A stretch of DNA of 40,302 nucleotides from the NCBI GenBank assembly GCA_002269645.1, contig NIVC01004624.1:1-40302 (forward strand), read 5' to 3'. How positions within the stretch are numbered: the first letter of the stretch is position 1; each line of letters begins with the position of its first letter. Position numbers and translations under genes: made by a program. Positions 37,561 through 40,302 of the stretch are shown here, piece by piece. The notes below the pieces were generated by a model that worked only from the letters and a program-made list of their open reading frames with translations, ran no database searches and was not told the origin of the DNA. Source of the DNA: Macrostomum lignano (Eukaryota).

Positions 37561-39029
37561 CACGTATATTTAAAGTCCTGTGCCATCAGTTCATGATTAC
37601 GACTTTTGACCTTGACTCTAGCTTTCAGTTAGGTGTCTCATGTGTCGTTGCAGAGTTTAAAATTTTAATAGAATGAAATTATGGGCACTGATCATTGTCT
37701 ACTCAAAAAATTTTACGAATTTTGGTTAACTGATGTGGGTCTGTCATAATTAACCCTACAACAGCAAAAGCAGAGATGTTCTGCTTAATTGTTAGGACAC
37801 TTGATTGCACATCTTTTATTATACACTAGTCTCAGAAAATTTTCATCATCTTTAAGGTAGCTACCGAATAAGTCACTCAAGAAGGTCACTTGTCCCGTCA
37901 TATTTCGCCTTTTTTCTCCCCCCCCCCTTGGTGCAGCCTATCAGCTGATTGGCTGGGTTGGTCAGCGCGTCCCTACTCCTGAGATATTCAAGCTCCAGCA
38001 ACCATACTCGTAACCGTACTCATAAATAGAAGGTCCACTGCGCGTCCCAGGACCCAGGCTCTACTATGTGACAGAAGGACCCGAACCGACCTCCGATATA
38101 CTACACTAGAATTGTTGTGTTCTACTGTTGCTTGACAAGCATAAAAATGCAAAGCTTCACACCTATAGAAACAAAGTATCTATAGCTTGAGCAACCAACA
38201 ATATACACGTACAACGTAAGTCACCAGTGAGGGCAGGAACACGAAAATTCCATTGTTTCAAAGTTTGCCAGCAGGAAAGACACGTCCGACGAAGTTGTCT
38301 GTTTAGAAAGATGCGCCTGAAAAAAAAATGGTATAGGGAGCAGCTCGTCTCCGTTCTTTAGACTCAGTACTTCTAAGTAAACGATGTCTCTTGTTTAGAG
38401 TTCAAGACTAGGGAAGCACCGTGCAGAGGCCAAGGCAGCCACTGCAGAGGCCTCACGAAATCTGCTTCAGCTGATCGAAGTCCGTTTAGTCAAGCTCGTC
38501 CCCAAGCGCCAACTCAGGCGATGAACATGAACTCTCGATCATTATAGGTAAAAAATCTCTTTTGACAATCGATATGCCTGGCCTGGCGGGTCGTTCGAGC
38601 ACTCAAATCGCTTCTCTTTTAATGTGCAACGGATCGCTTTGAAAGAGCTAATAGCCATGGCAATGTTTTCGACAAATAGCAGGAAGTATGATCAAACCAC
38701 AGGTTATTAGTTACACCTAAACAACTGATTCAGACCTAAATCCTTGTATAATTAAGCCTTGTATTATATCCTTGTATAATTCTGATTTCTAGCTCAGACA
38801 AAATCAAACAAACGTCAGTCTCATTAGGAGTTCAGAAAACATTTTTTCTGTGATTAATTACCTAGCCTTTTGTAGCCAGATATTAGAAAGCTGAATGTCG
38901 ACATCCATTCTTAGCTTGCAGAAGCAAAGCAAAAATTTAATTGGCAAAAATGCAGCCCAGAGAAAGGTAAAAGTCAATTGATTAAAGCCACTTGTCCCAG
39001 AACTGCCGAAAATTTAAAATATCAATACT

Positions 39030-39334
39030 ATGATAATATAATAATTGATTACACCTGTCCTAATGGGCAGATGAGCAACCGGCAGCTCAGCCGCAGCCAT
39101 TGCGCGGCGCATCTGAAGGCCGCGTACGGCTGTTCAGTCCAAGGACTGGGAGGTCGCCACACACCCTCAATTACCCCAGCTAATGCTGGCACCCATTTTA
39201 CAGCTGGGTGAACTGAAGCAATGCAGAGTTAAGTGTCTTGCTCAAGGACACTATTTGTTCCGAGGGAGTCGAGAATCGAACCCCCGACCTTTCAGTCGTG
39301 AGTCCGACGCTCTGAACCACTAGACTACAAACCC
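39030..39334 (-). mobile_element. tRNA-derived CORE-SINE (MIR-like)
   Basis: Minus strand: tRNA head GGGTTTGTAGTCTAGTGGTTCAGAGCG...GGTTCGATTC, then GTGTCCTTGAGCAAGACACTTAACTCTGCATTGCTTCAGTTCACCCAGCTGTAAAATGGG (39251-39192), matching the recalled MIR CORE (GTGACCTTGGGCAAGTCACTTAACCTCTCTGAGCCTCAGTTTCCTCATCTGTAAAATGGG), then a unique 3' part and an ATT-rich tail. Confidence 0.8.
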
Positions 39335-40302
39335 TTGTAAAAGTATCAATTTTAGAGTTGCAAACGCAGAGTTCAAACGACAGTTTGATATTTGGAGCAG
39401 TTTCTCTTCTGTGATTTTGTGAAAGTGATAGTTTAGCTCATATTCGTGGTGATTTTTATTGATACGACCGTACTTTTAGTTGGTGGGCTGCTGCGTTTTT
39501 CTTGTTCCTATCAGCTTTAGATCTTAAATTAATCGATTAGTTTGTCAAACCTCGATTTTATTTTTGAGTCACTGATCGAAAAGACCCGAGAGTATCTTTA
39601 GTTAATTAATTGCTTTGCGTAAATTTTCATTGATGTAAGATAATTATACATGTACGCTCGGGAACATTTGGGAATGCTTACACAGGTATAACCTTGTCAA
39701 AGCAAATACTTCAGCCGTAAAGTGTGGTAGGCTCAGGAACGATGAGAGCTATGCTAAGGTTGGGGCATTGATTAAGTGCCGAACGGACCAAATTTTATTG
39801 GCCGTTAACACCTGGCGACTCAGCTTGCTTATAAAACTATCCTGATCGTTACACGCCGAGTTGTCACAGGATTTTTAGTTCGCCTACCGTTGAGCAGGCT
39901 GCAACTCCCAGACAGCAGATAGGCAGTTGCTCAGTGTCTTTCCCTCATCGGATTGCATCTCTACATTGTCTACATTTGAGCCAATCGAAGCCCTGACCTC
40001 CTGGATTGCAGAGCCGCGACTTTTTAAGCCATCAAATTCGATCAAGAACGATTGTTGAAACTTTATCCAGATCCAAGAACGATTTGTTGAAACTTTATCC
40101 AGGTTGGCAACCGTGAGAAGAAAGATGTGGAGCAGATACAGAATGATTTTACCTTGTATGCGCGAGACTTTTGCACGCGACAAATTTGCTGGCAAAATTA
40201 CCTATGAAATGATTCAGTCGCTGCAGAATCATGCCTTACCGGATGAGGGATGCGAGATGGAGACAAAACGCTTCTGAATGTGATGGACCCTGAAAGAAGT
40301 TT

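Noticed and set aside
39884-40195. 103-aa minus-strand ORF with a ~31-bp internal duplication, plus other short ORFs in 26400-34900 and 37600-40302
   Set aside because: No recognisable motif, no GC3 bias and no convincing splice context; possibly decayed TE sequence but not assignable.

Overview
Eukaryotic (metazoan) genomic DNA: GC3-rich spliced exons separated by introns packed with mini- and microsatellites. This style suggests a Macrostomum-like free-living flatworm, which is inference only. Three genes are present. (1) The 3' part of NIPBL/Nipped-B/Scc2, the cohesin loader (+ strand, <1-7566). Its first two exons carry many 1-nt indels and a TAG, while the last three are clean. (2) A complete 11-exon, ~886-aa cadherin-related gene (+ strand, 13480-26381): signal peptide, 5 EC repeats, Ser/Thr mucin-like stalk, one TM helix and a C-terminal PDZ ligand (RTAV). 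This is a CDHR5/CDHR2 (mu-protocadherin)-like architecture, with signs of secreted and tail-truncated isoforms. (3) An intronless class A peptide-receptor-like GPCR (- strand, 35206-36564) whose C-tail appears to continue in the -1 frame to 34958. Repeats include about 15 tandem arrays, a tRNA-derived SINE-like family whose copies each carry different minisatellites, a MIR-like CORE-SINE, a TA-flanked MITE, an RTE-like LINE 3' fragment and a possible MULE relic. No CRISPR array, rRNA gene or intact tRNA gene is supported. All homology calls come from recalled family motifs, not from database searches.
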